From positions 930,001-994,000 of the forward strand of contig OY253680.1 of the NCBI GenBank assembly GCA_958009085.1: a stretch of 64,000 bases of DNA. Reading direction: 5' to 3'. The position numbers and the translations under genes were made by a program. This stretch comes from Protoeuglena noctilucae (taxonomy: Eukaryota). Shown here piece after piece: positions 32,991-45,400 of this stretch (the first letter of the stretch is position 1; each line of letters starts with the position of its first letter). The notes below the pieces were generated by a model. The model was given only the letters and a program-made list of their open reading frames with translations. It was not told where the DNA came from and made no database searches.

Positions 32991-34597
32991 ATGTTTAATC
33001 CATTTGGAGCCACCATAACCAGATTCCACGAGACGGGGGAGGTGCGGGAAGGCGTGCAACGCGCACACATGCCGCAGGCCCCACCGTCGCATCGGCACGC
33101 TATGAAAGGCGCTCGGCACCTCCGAGCTCATGTTTATCACGCAACGTTTGCGAGGTCATGTAGCGCAGTCTTCTCCCGCGAAGGGCAGCCCGCGCGGCTG
33201 CCCCCCGCCCTCGGCATTCCTGTCGCCGCAACGCTGCTGCCGTCTCCTCGCGGAATGCGTCAGATGGTTGCATTCACTCCACATGCAGGTCTCGGAGGAC
33301 TCCATGGGCCTCATCCGCATGGTATCGCCCGTCTCGGGCGCCATCATCACCACAGTCGACCCCCACGCCGTCGTCCGGTGCGGCCGCGGCCCCCTTTTGC
33401 TCTCAATTCAATCCAATCACGTCTTTCTTTGCTATGCTTGCACCCACTCTCTACCTCATCCGCTGGATTTGCTTGATGTCGCGCATATGCTCGCCCCACG
33501 TTGCTACGAGTTCGTACGCCCCCTCCCCCATGCAGCGACCCCATCTCCGGCGCGCACCTCCGCATCCAAGGCGGCCGCGTGGAGGTCGTGAACCCCGCCG
33601 AGTACCAGCAGCTCCACCGCAGCTCCAAGTTCTTCGTGCATCGGGAGCCCGACGTCAGCATGCAGACGCTGCGGTGAGCCAGCGTGGCCACGGCATCGCC
33701 TGACCAATCTCTGTGTGTCGACTCGTGTGCATGCGACGCTCACCAGATGTCCCCGCCTGCCTTGCCACCCCAGCAAGACCCGCCACGTGTCGTCTGGGAC
33801 CAACGAGAAGGTCGGCACGGCGGGCACCCCCACCGGCATCGACCCGGGGCTCATGATCGTCAAGGCCGTGTCCACCCCCGCATCGCGAGCAGCGGTGAGT
33901 GCCAGGGGTGAATGCCACGCCGACACCCACACGTGCCTCGCTCTCTCCATGCAAGGCAAACACCCACGCTTGCTCCTCCTCGCAGTCGGGGCGCCCCTCC
34001 CGTGGCAGCGCGCGCCCCTCCCAGCGTGCGCCGTCCGGTCGTCCCCCCATGGCCCAGCCGCGCCCGGCAGAGACGTCCGGTCACGAGACGCGGCAGTTTG
34101 CGGCCTCGGGGGTGTCGCTGCGGCACATGCAGGGGGAGGACGCCACCCAGGGCGCTGCCGAGGTCCACGAGCAGGGTTACGGCCACGATCACGGCCACAG
34201 CCACGGTGCTGCCCCTGCCCCTCCCCCCGCCTGGGCCACGGCAGAGTCTGCGGGTGCCCCTGTGTCGATGGGTGACGAGGTGTTGCTGGCGGCGGCGGAG
34301 GAGCCAGAGCCGTCGCACCGTGGTGCCGTGCACGCGTCTGGGGACGACCTGGACGCGGCAGAGGACGAGGGGGTGGCGGGGGAGATGGGTGCGGGGGTCG
34401 GGGAGGAGATCGGGGGGGAAGGGGAGGGAGAGGAGGGCGGGGAGGTTGAGGTGGGTGGTGAGGGAGATGTGGGCGAGGAAGGTGGTGAGGCCGGTGAGGG
34501 CGACGAGGGTGGCGAGGGTGGTGAGGGTGACGTCGGTGAAGAGGGGGAAGAGGGTGGTGATGCGACGGGTGCAGTGGCGGAGGACGAAGCCAGCTGA
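32991..34597 (+). CDS. Hypothetical spliced protein with a Glu/Gly-rich acidic C-terminus
   Basis: Short exons with canonical GT-AG boundaries (VSEDSMGLIRMVSPVSGAIITTVDPHAVVR; DPISGAHLRIQGGRVEVVNPAEYQQLHRSSKFFVHREPDV) and a long terminal exon. No family recognised. Confidence 0.55.
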
Positions 34598-34882
34598 CTC
34601 GCCTGGTCCAGAGCGCTTCCAAGGACTGCCTTTCACCTTCACCCTAGCCTAGTGTGCGTGCCAGTGAATGTTTAACCGGGGTCGACGCGACAGTGGCCAT
34701 CAACGGCACAGCCACAGCCATGCCAGCCATGCCATGGCAGCACTCGTGGGTCACTCTCTCTCGTCAGCTAAGGCCCACACAACGTTTAAAAGTCGGCAAG
34801 AAGAGCCACGCACCCCGCCCAATGTGGCGGTTGCTGACTCTGCCACCCCATCACTCCCGCATACCCACCCAGTCCACGTGTT

Positions 34883-37559
34883 TCACAGGCCCACACCGAA
34901 TCCGAGAATGGTGTCCTCGATCATCGCACGCAGCTCGGCAGGGGCGTCCCTGCCCTCCTCCCGCAGCCACCGCCTCAGGCCATCGAACCTGCAGGGCAAG
35001 CAACCACGAGCGATGCCGTATGCATCGACAAGCCAAGCAGCGATTCTGCCCAACGTCATACGATGCAGCAACGCAACCCCTCCCTTTCAACCCCATGCAC
35101 AGTCTCTGGCCCCTACCCTCCCTGCATCCGCCCCAACCCCACTCTGCACCCCCCCTCACCTGATCTCACATCCACTCCCCACCCCCACCCCCTCACCTGA
35201 TCTCCTGCCCCAGCGGCGTGATGACCTCTGGCGCCTCCCCCTCCGGCCACGCCTCCTTGAGCCCCCTCACGTGACCCACCACGATGGGGCCCATGTCCAA
35301 GGATGCCAGGTCCGCGGGGGTGTGGTGGAGGGCGTCGGGGTGGCCGGGGTCCTCGAAGTGAGGGATGCCTGGGGGGAAGGGGCGTGGGGGTGTGGCATAT
35401 GGGTTGCGGGCGGTGGAGATTGAGAGAGGAACAGACGCAACAGGCAGAGTAAGAGTGTGGCGATGCAAAGGAACAGTACTTGACAACGCTGAGAGCGTCT
35501 TAGTAGTGAGAGCACCCCGCGTGGTCTGTCTCACCGACCGTGGATGCGAGGTGGTGGAGGGACCGGTGTCTCTGGGGGCGTATCTGGTGCTTGACGGCGA
35601 TCTCACGCACGCGGGCCAGGCGCTCCATGCCAACTGCGGAGAGACAGAACAGGGCTTAGGTATGATGGCCAGGGTCACCCGTGACTGACAGCGACACATA
35701 CGGACACGCACTTTCCCATTCACCCACGCTACCCGGTCTCAGCTCTCACCACTCCGCAACTAAAAACTCACCCACGTCCTCCATGAACGCCCTGAGCCTC
35801 GCTGCCGATGGCACCTGCCCCCACTTGGCCTTGACGGCCCCCCGCGGGTCCACCTCCCCCCTCTCCATGCGCGCCATGAGTCTCTTAGCCGCCTCCACCA
35901 CGTCCCTCTCATCCTCAAAGAACTCCCCCGCCTTGCCCCCCGACTCCTCCAGGTACTTCCACCCCCCTAAGATGTTCCGGTTCATCAGCACGGGAGTGCC
36001 CAGAGACATGGCCTCGGTAATGACACGGGGGGACGCGTCGTGGACGTTGGGGAGGAAGACCATCGACGTGGCCTCGACCAGCTCCAGGTAACGCTTCCAA
36101 GGCATCGATGGCTGCTTCTGAATGTTCTGGCGCTTCTCGGGGGGCTGGGGTAGAGGGGGAGTGGGGGAGGTGGTGAGTGGACGGATGCGTGGCGGGGGCG
36201 GTTGTGGGTGCACGGCTGGGGGCTGCGGTTGCATGGTTGGGACACTGTTATCGGTACTACCAGTTACTGATACTACCAGAACTGCTGTGCATATCGACTA
36301 AACAGACGCCTGCCAGTGTCCCCCACCCCCCAAGACTCGCCAGCTGGCTGAGTGCCGTGTGGCTGGGCTCTCGGTCGATGGTGGCGATGAAGAAGTCGAG
36401 CTCGTCCACCAGTCGGATCATGGATGGCTCAGCCACGGTCCAGTTGCGGTTGAAGTCGTTCCACGCGCCGCCGCGGTTGACGTAGGCGGCGTGGAAGCGC
36501 AGAGGGGGCCTGGGCACCAGGGGCGTCAGGCGCCCACCCCCGTCGTTGCGCTCCGTCTGTCGGGGGTAGAGGAGGGGCCGGCGGTGATTGTTGCACATAA
36601 CAGCTGAGTAATGCAACACAACAAGCATGCAGAAGGCTGCCATCGCGACCCCCGCAACACCCCACTCTAATGCCATCGCACCCACCCACCCCTAGGCGAG
36701 TGTCACCTGCACGAAGTCCGACTCGCTGATGAGCGCCCTGGGCACCCCCGGGGGCAGGTCGATCGCCACCGGGTCCCTGAAGCAGTGCAGCCACCCGTCC
36801 ACCCCCGCGATGATCTCCGGCATGTCCGTGCCCACGTGGCGCGAGTCGGCCGGGTTGGTGATCTCTTTGGGAAAGTCCTCGTAGCTCGAGATGCCCAGCA
36901 CCAGCAGCCCCGCGGTGCGAAACTCGTTGAACAGCCCCTTCATCTGCGTCCTCGTGAAGAAGTTGTCCTCGAAAGGGGCACAGAAGGCCATGATGCCCAG
37001 CTCCATCCAGCGGTGGTCTTTGATCTTCTGCCACGGCCAGGGGGGGACCTGCTCCCACGGCATGATGTAGTAGCCGCCCAGGTCCTTCGCGACGATCTCC
37101 TGCGCGCGGGCCTCGATCGCAGCGTCCCGGTCCTCCTGGCCCCAGAAGCGAGAGCGGGCGACCGTCGAAGGCGTCGCCTCCGCCGCGTCCTTGCCGCCGG
37201 GGACCAGGACCGGGCGAGGACGGGTCACGTCCCCACCCCGCGCCGTCACGCTGCGGCTGCTGCGGGCGGCGGGAGGGACGGCGGGTCGAGGCGCGCTCGC
37301 CCCGCCATGGCACTGGCAGGGCCCCGCGCGTCGCTCGCCTGGTGGACGCGGGCGTGTAGGACACCAGCCATACGAAGTAAATGACAGGTATCGCGAAGCC
37401 GAACACGATGAGCGCGCGCACGGGCGACCGGATGGGCTTCGCGGTCGCCCGGAGCGTGTCCTTGCCCGCTGCCCCATTGGCCTTGCTGCGGGGGGCACGA
37501 TCGAGGACGTAGGCGGCACGAAGGGATGCACATAAACAGCCGTGCTTCGACCGCGCCAC
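34883..37559 (-). CDS. GT-B fold (GT4-like) glycosyltransferase with an N-terminal membrane anchor; start uncertain
   Basis: Hydrophobic ALIVFGFAIPVIYFVWLV followed by a stem region; donor-binding-type FLPNVHDASPRVITEAMSLGTPVLMN. Three further exons join in frame to TGA 34883. Confidence 0.7.
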
Positions 37560-38156
37560 TGGATCTCCGGCAGCGATAGGCGGCCCGCTACGGGCGGGCC
37601 TGCGTTGACATGGCCCAGCGTGCGATCCCCGCGGCCCTCAGAGGCCGCCCACCTCATCTCGTTCCACGTAGAGGCCCTTCCACGGGCCCTAGCGCCGCGT
37701 TGCGAAAATCTCCGTCTCGAAGGCTTCCGATTCAGCCGCAGCCAGCATCACGCGGGATCGCGGGGAGGGCGCTGCCCTGGGTCAGCAGCGGATGGCCTGG
37801 CGAGCCTCTCCGTCGAGCACCGAGATGGCGTTGATCGAAGCCTGCATCGGCGTAAGCAGATGAGTCATTTCATGCCCTCGGGCAGCGCGACTCGTTTCGG
37901 TCGACGGCGTCTGACTGGAGAGGCTCGTCGATGAGAGCGCGGCTGCAGTCATAATTTGACAAATGAAACGCAGGTGCACATCCATCTCCCGGTTTGGCTG
38001 ACCCTGTAACGATTGTTTTGCTAAAGCGCAGTGCGTGACGCATTCAGTGGCTTGACGGTGGTAGGAGGTCCCAATCGTATTATCCATCCCTGGCGGTTGC
38101 CAGGCGTCGCTGGGGGCCGTGCTGTGGGCCTGAAGGGGAGGGCACGGTTCTGCGCC

Positions 38157-39710
38157 ATGAGTGCGGAGGCCTCTGGGGAGCGCCCGGCCAAGAGACCGAG
38201 AGCTGGGAAGCCCCCGCTTCACAGCGTGGAGGGCGCTCGACGGGAGGTGCTCAGCGACGCGGCACATCGGTGCGTGGGCTGGCTTACGAACCGCGCTTGC
38301 TTCCGCCTGCGTCGCCGGGGACCCTGGCGCGCATGTGCGGCGAATAGATTGCATCGTTGTGCACACTATCCGCAGAGATGAGGCCGGGGGGCCGCGGGAC
38401 CCGTCTGAAGGGGTGGACGCGGCGGATCTCGAACCCGCGAGCACGCGGGGGCTCGACGAGCTGACGCCGCAGCTGTTGGCGGAGCGAAGACTCTTTCGCG
38501 TGGAGAAGATGCTGGAGATGTACAAGGAGCAGTACTGGTGAGTCGAATTTGGGGGCGCGGAGGAGTTGCCAAGCCCGTGCCGCGTTTCCGCGACGCTCCA
38601 TGCCCTCCGCTTTTCGCTGCCGCAGGAGTTTAATGGAGGAGCTCCGGCAGAGGCATGCGGAGTACGTGCAGAGGCACGGCCAGGCGGGACTCAAGGCGAG
38701 GGCAGCACTGTGTGGGGACACACAGCACGTAGTATGGGTCGGGCGTGTGCCATGGGACGCACTTGCAAGCGTCAGCTACCGCGCCTCGTGTGCTCGCTCG
38801 CAGGACGCGACGTCCCCGACGAAGCCCGCCCGCCCCGTGCGTGACGCCTGGGCAGCGTCGCATGCGGAGGGGGAGGTGCCGACCTTCAGTGACGGAGAGG
38901 AGGAGGTGCTGGCGATGGAGCCGAGGGGGGCACCAGGAGAGGAGGAGGTGCAGGTGAGGGCCGCGGACTGACTGGCGTCGCGGGCGAGTGAGGGTCAGCG
39001 CCTGCCGACACCCACACCCGCATCTGTGCAGGAGTGGCAGCGTGCGTGGGCGGCCCAGGCGGGGGTGGCGGCGCGTCTGGAGCAGAGCGTGGGTGCGGCG
39101 AGCGCGCGAGAGATGGACCGCTGCCAGGCGCTGGCGGTGCTCGTTGGACGCCGCATGCGCTACTTCATACGGTGAGGCCCACGCCGTAGTGCATGCACTG
39201 TACTGCTTGCGTCAGTCGCAGTAGATACAAATCAACGTGCCATCCGTCGCGCTAATTCTATCGCCTCATCTACCGACCCATACCGCCCAAACCCCTCGCA
39301 GGCAGTCTGCCGTGACGTTGGGCCGCTCCGGGGGCGACCACGTGGCGGACGTGGACCTGGCACAGGAGGGAGACGCGCGGTTCGTGTCGCGGGAGCACGT
39401 CCACCTGGCCATGCACGCGTCGGGGGCGTTCGGCGTCCGCAACGTCGGCAGGGTGCCCATCTACGTGAACGGTCAGGAGCTGGGAACGGACCAGGCGGCG
39501 GGGCTGGCACACCTCAGGCGAGTGGGCAGTGGGCGATGCACGGCGCAGGCGTGGAGCTGCGTGTCGCCCTCGCTCTCACCAACCCTTCCCTGTGCTGTCC
39601 TGACGCGCAGTCTGTTGGAGGTGGGCGGACTGCAGCTGCTCTTCCTAATCAACCACGGGGCAGTGGCGCGGGCCAGGCGCCATCCGGGGGCGGCGAACGC
39701 CCCAAGTTGA
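38157..39710 (+). CDS. Microspherule protein 1 (MCRS1)-type FHA protein with an atypical N-terminus
   Basis: VPTFSDGEEEVLAM...RLEQS...ALAVLVGRRMRYFIR|QSAVTLGRS...VDLAQEG...VSREH...NVGRVPIYVNG...LLFLIN matches the recalled MCRS1 C-terminal coil plus FHA domain. Confidence 0.8.
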
Positions 39711-39976
39711 GAGGGAAAGCGTTTAAAAATAAAAGTAGCAGGAAAAGCAGCGGGCACGCGCTCTCGCAGCCGGTGGGGCCCGACTCCCCCGGCGCTGCTG
39801 GGCGGGGGTCGTGTCAGGCGTGCTATGCTATGCCAGCCGGCTGTTGCGCAGCCTGAGAGTGCCAGTGAGTGAAGGACTCGGAAAGAGCCTAGAAAAGCGG
39901 CAAAACGTCGCGGTGGCCCATGGCAAAAGTGCCATGGGTCTTTGACTGCTAGCGGCCAGAGAGGGCGACTCCAGGC

Positions 39977-41580
39977 TCACTGGGCCTTGGCGCTGGCCTT
40001 GCTGGCCTTGCCGACCTTGTCCCCCCCCAGCTGCGAGTAGAGGCTACTGCCGATGATGAGGGCCGCCCCCGCCCACCCCGTGGCGCCCCACCGCTCGTCC
40101 AGGAGGAACCACGCCAGCACGGCGCCCCAGAGGGGCTCCGAGGTGTAGATGAGGGCCGCGAGGGGCGCCGACACCTCCTTCAGCGACTCGACCTCGATGT
40201 ACAGCGTCAGGGCCGTGGTGGCCAGGCCCATCCACGCCACCGCCACCCACGGCACGCCCGCGGCCGCCTCCGCCAGCGCCCCCGGTCCCCCCGATCCCCA
40301 CAGCGCCGCCAGCTCCGGCGCCGCGTACAGCGCCGCCCCCCCCGCCAGCACCGCCAGCTGCACGGCCATGAGCTCGCTGGTCTGGTCGGCGAACCGCGTG
40401 GTGACCGACTCGGTGCGGAACTTGTGGATGCCGAACATGACGGCGGATCCGATGCAGAGGGCGTCGCCCCAGTTGGGGTCGCCCTGGTCGCCCACCAGCA
40501 GCGCCACCCCCGCCACCGCCGTCAGCGCGGCCACCCACGTCGCCACCGGGATGCGCCGGCCCGTCATCCCCACCAAGAAGGGCACTGGGGGAGGGGAGGA
40601 GAAGAGAGTTAGTGCAAACGTGATTGCGGGTGCGCCAGGCAAGGCGGCGACCGGCGCGCGCCCCACCCGTGAGAACGGTGAAGGTGCCGGTGACGGCCGA
40701 GCGTGCGGCAGACGTGAGCGCCAGGCCCTCCGCCTGCAGGGTGTAGCCCAGGAAGAGGTAGAGGCCGAGCTCGAGGGCGCTCGCACGCAGCGCCGAGTCG
40801 CGGAGGCCACGGGTGATGGCGGGGAGGAAGCACGCGGCAGCGATGGCGAACCGCAGGGCCGACAGCGACCCTGGGGAGAGCAGCTCCTCCGCCTCCTTAA
40901 TCACCACCTGCGAGGCGGAGAAGGACTCACATGTTGGAAGTGGTGAGCTTCATGAGGCGTGGGCCGCGCTGCGAGGCATGGGCGCAGGCCCGCACCTGGT
41001 TGCACCCGAAGAGGGCGGCGCCCAGGTTGAGCAGCAGCATGCCCTTGATGCTCCCCTGGAAGCGGATGCCCATGAACTCGAACCCCGTCTGCACGCTCGT
41101 CGACGCCGCGGGGGGCTCCTCACGCCCCTCGTGCCCCTGGCGCGCCTCGCCCTCGGATGCCCGCGCCAGCGCCTGCTCCAGCATGTCCCGCGCGGCGCCC
41201 GTGTCGGCGGTCACGGCCGTCGCGGCCAGCGCCTGCACCGGCACCTCCGCGGCCGCCCCCGCGACCGGCGCCTGCCCGGCCGGCCCCGGCACCCCGGGGG
41301 GCGCAGCCGTGGGCGCCACGTCCACCACCGCCGACGCCTCGTCCGCAGCCGGCGTGCGGGGGGCGACCCTGGCCACCTTCACGCGATACTGCGGTCTCCT
41401 GCCGGCGAGGGATCGCCCCGGCCGGTGCCCGGCCTGCGAGGGGCGCGCGAGGGCAGGATTTTGTGCGGAACCTCGGGCGAGCAGGGCCCGTGCGCCGTAC
41501 TGGCCGCGAAAGCGGAGCACTTTCCAGCGAGGGTGGCAAGAACGGCCTACCAATGTGCTCGAGGGAGACCCGCGAGCCAT
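39977..41580 (-). CDS. EamA/DMT-family transporter, probably plastid-targeted
   Basis: GMLLLNLGAALFG, ALRFAIAA, LELGLYLFLGYTLQAEGLALTSAARSA, GDALCIGSAVMFG and AALIYTSEPLWGA, preceded by a long Ala/Arg/Ser-rich N-terminus. Confidence 0.87.
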
Positions 41581-42351
41581 CAAGCGCGCTCCGGCCGCGT
41601 GTGGTGGGGGTTGGGGGAAAGGCACGACCCGAGCGCCCGGCGCGTCCGGGCAGGGCGACCCAGCGAGCGAGGGCACTTCCGCAACATCCAGCAGCTGAAA
41701 TCGACCCGCGCCGAAATGCGGGGGGGCGGGAAGTCGCGGGGAAGGCCCGATTCTCGCGGTCGCCAAGCCATTGCTTGAGGTGGCTCGACCGCGCTCCTCG
41801 AGCTCCCACGGGGCGACCCGCAACATCGTAGCGAAACGTCACAATCGGATTCGATGACCCGGGGGATCGCGGACGCGAGAGGATGCCGCCAGGCGCTCGA
41901 AGTCGCACAAAGTCGAGGCGCGCGCCAGGCGGGACCGCGGAGAGGTAGAGCGCGCAGGCTGAAGTCGACATCGATAACGGCGTGGGCGGCTACGTCCCCC
42001 GTCCACCCGAGGCATCTCACCACATTCCAAGTGGGCTTGGGCCGGGAAGGCCGCCCCATGGACAACATCCTCCAATTCCCCGTCTGGACGGTTGGTCAGA
42101 AGATCGTGATGCCACCTGCAGGGGTCCCCTCGCGCGGGTGTCGCCGAGCTGCCAAGTGAAGGGACAGGTGCAGCGCAGACCTCAGTGCGCAAACCACGAC
42201 GCGAGCGCGAGGGCGTCGAGGCAGCGACACTGCAGACGCAACGAGGAGAATAGGCTGCGCTTGGTGGACACCGCAGCCCTTCTTTCCCCGCGGGTACAGC
42301 CGTCTGACGCTAACACGACTGGCGTCTGACTGCCTCGCGCCATTCAACTCT

Positions 42352-42442
42352 GCCGCTCGCTCTGCATCGCTCGCTCAGCGCCGCTCGCCGCCTGCCGCTC
42401 GCTACCTGCTGCTCGCTCGCCCGCTGCCTGCTCGCTCGCTCG
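42352..42442. repeat. Degenerate (GCTC/CGCT)n microsatellite immediately downstream of the ZNFX1-like stop
   Basis: Repeated gctcgct/gccgctcgc units are directly visible. Confidence 0.6.
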
Positions 42443-42451
42443 CGTGCTCAA

Positions 42452-45400
42452 TTAAGCAGCCTCGCGCTTCTGCAGCAGCTGCAACACCTCTGCATGTGCC
42501 TTCCTGTTGTCGCTGCGCAGGCGGTGGCCGGAGCCCCCGATCGCCGCGCCGCAGTCCGGACACTTTCCCTCCTGCACGGCCCCACCGCAGTCGGCAATGG
42601 TGTAGAGGTGACCGTTCGGGCAGCGATTGAAGTGGCCAGATCCGTTGTATCCATCTTTAAGGATGTCGTATGCGCCGCCAGCCCGCCGCTCAGCCTCCAC
42701 GAACGCTTGCAGCACCTCCCTCATCTCATCTGCGGGTCACAGACGCACAGAGGCTAGCCACACAGCGCACAGAGCACGGCGTTTGCAGGCCGTGCGCGTC
42801 GCCGCCGCTCGTCGTACCTTCGCGGGTGGCCGCCTCCATCTCCTTCAGCTGCTTGGCCATCTCCCCCGCCGCGTCCCCCATCCTCTTGGCCACCTCCTCC
42901 ATCCCCGCCCCAGCCACGTGCCCCGCCATCTTCGTCAGCACCTGCATCTCGCGCATCGCATTTTGGATGGCAGCCTCGGCGTCGGCGCGGGTGCGGTGGG
43001 CGAACAGCGCGTCGATGCTCAGCTCCTGCGCCATGCGCTGCACCGGCGTGGACGTCAGGAAGAGGAGCCGTGCCTGGGCCTGCTGGAACGACACGCGCGC
43101 CCTGGCCATGACTGCCTCGCCCGAGCGGCGCAGGTTGCCGGCCTGCCAGGCCTGGTCGTTGGCGTGGGCGCTGCGGGGTCGAGAAATGGTGTGGCTATCG
43201 CTATGGCTTGACAGCTGGACTGAAACATCAGAAGAAGGGCAGCAGTGGGCCGAGGATATGGGCAGTGCCAGAGAGGGCAGCAGTAAGGGATGCAACGGGC
43301 GCAGGCGCATGCAGACGCACCAGAGTTTGTCAGCGTACGTGAAGCATTCCTCGGCATCTCCTTGCATCTCCTCCAGCCTCTGGGGGATCAGCGCCCTCTG
43401 GCGCATTGCTTGGGCCATAGGGTTGTCTGGCAGATTCAGGCCACGCCCCCCTCGCCCCCTGCCGCCCCCGTTCTGACCGTGGCCGCCCTGGCCTCTGCCG
43501 CGCCCTGGGTCGACCCCCGGCAGACGCGGTGGCGGCGGCGGCTGCGGGGCCTGTGGCAGAACCCTGGCGAGCAGAACACGAGGCACGTCAGTGTCACGCC
43601 TTGCCGACAGCTATGCGTCATGCCATATGTTGTGCCACGCATGTGGCCCGCTGGCTGGCACCCATGTAGCCTATGTGGGTAGCCAGGGCACCGTCCCGCC
43701 TCACCACGACTGACTCCGCGCCGTCTCCTGGATGGAGGCCAGAATGTCGAGACCTTTGGCTGCCTGCACCTGCGCTGCCATCAGATGCGCCTGGATCTGC
43801 ACCCCCGCGTCGTCCTTCATCAGATTGAGCACCTCCATGATGTGGAGGATCTGCCCATACGACTCGGCCAGCTCCCCCGCCGCCACGGTCAGGCCCTCCG
43901 CGCCCGCTGCAGGCAGGCGAGGGCGCACATGGCTGTGCCACTTCCGGCGACGTGGCCATGCGCCAAGGCTGGCAGTGGCGGTGCAGCGCTTGCAGCTGCA
44001 CCCCGCACACGCACCTGCACCTGCGCTTGCATCCGTACCCGGGCTGCCCTCCCCCGTCTCCGCAGCTGCAGTCCCCGTTGCCTTCAGAGCCTCCAGCAGC
44101 CCAGGCTTAGAGTCCACGAGCCGGTTCAGCTGGGACACGGACGCCATGAAGATTTGCCGCATGGGTGGCTGCTCGAGGTGCTGGAGAAGGCGCGACACGA
44201 CTTCGTGTGCCTGCTGCACGCGCGCCGTGTGCGTCTCCCACGCCTTCTCCTGCCCCTGCACCATCTGCGGCACCACCACCTCCGCCTGCCCCAGCATGCT
44301 CGCCGCTTCCCGCAGCTGCCGGTCGGCGTGTGCGCGCGAGGCGTGCAAGACCTGCTCCAGGCGGGCGCGGCTCAGCTGGCGGCCGTAGCGGCGCACGCCG
44401 GCGATGGGCCCCCGGCACTGTGGGCACTGCCTGGTGTCCACCGCCTCGTTCGTCAGCGCCTGCGGTGTCCGAATGCACTTGCGATCAGGGTAACACGCTG
44501 ACGCTGGTAGCCAGTCGCTTGCTGATGCGCATGCGGTGTCGCCTTCCCTTCCCACCCCGCACAGCCGCAGGGGCAGCCGCAGCAAGCGCCCCGTCCCAAC
44601 CGCCACGCACCAGGACGGTCGTCCACGGCCCCTCGTCGCCATCCCTGCCGTAGAAGCGGTGCATCTCCATGAGACCGTCCAGCGTCTCCACCATGAACAC
44701 GTGGCCGCACGGCAGCTGCACCAGGGGGCTCTCATCGGGGTCGTGGTCCTCCTGCAAAGCAAGTCATATCATCAGCAAGTCATCGTGGGGAGTCGCAAGC
44801 CGACAGACAGCAGACCTGCTGTCTGCGGCATATCTACTGCGGCATATCTACACAAGCAATCTGCAGTCCCGGCGTACCAGAGTCGTGGAGAGGACCAGGT
44901 CCACCACGGCGCCGAGGCGGTCGCGGGCAGCACTGGCGGCGGCCGGCACGGAACTGTGGGCCTTTGCCAGCAGGCACTCCCGGCACGCATTACCCGGGCA
45001 GGCCTCGCCGCACAGCCCCGGGCATGGGTGGCCGCATGCCAGCAACTTGCTGCAGCGGCGGTCGCAGGGCAGGCGGACGCACGGGGCGCCGCAGGGCAGC
45101 GCGCAGGGGCCCTGGTGCTCTCACGCCCAGTCGCATGGCATGATGCAGGGCGTGCAGGGCGCCGTGCATGCGTGGCTGCATGGCGAGTGCGAGCAGCGGC
45201 TGGGGCACTTCTGCGGCGCAGAGGTGGTTAGGATGAGTGTGGTGCATGTCTGTCGGCTCTACCATGCATGTACGCCGCTGTGCTGCGTATCCTCGCCTGG
45301 GTGCAGGGCGGGCACTGGACCTGCTGTGCCCCGCGCTCCTCGGGCGCGTGCTTGTGCTGGTGGCAAGCGGCGCCGCAGGTGTGGCCGCACGGCAGGATGC

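Noticed and set aside
41590..42350. Possible small spliced gene between EamA and ZNFX1
   Set aside because: Some splice-like signals are present but no convincing reading frame or homology could be assembled.
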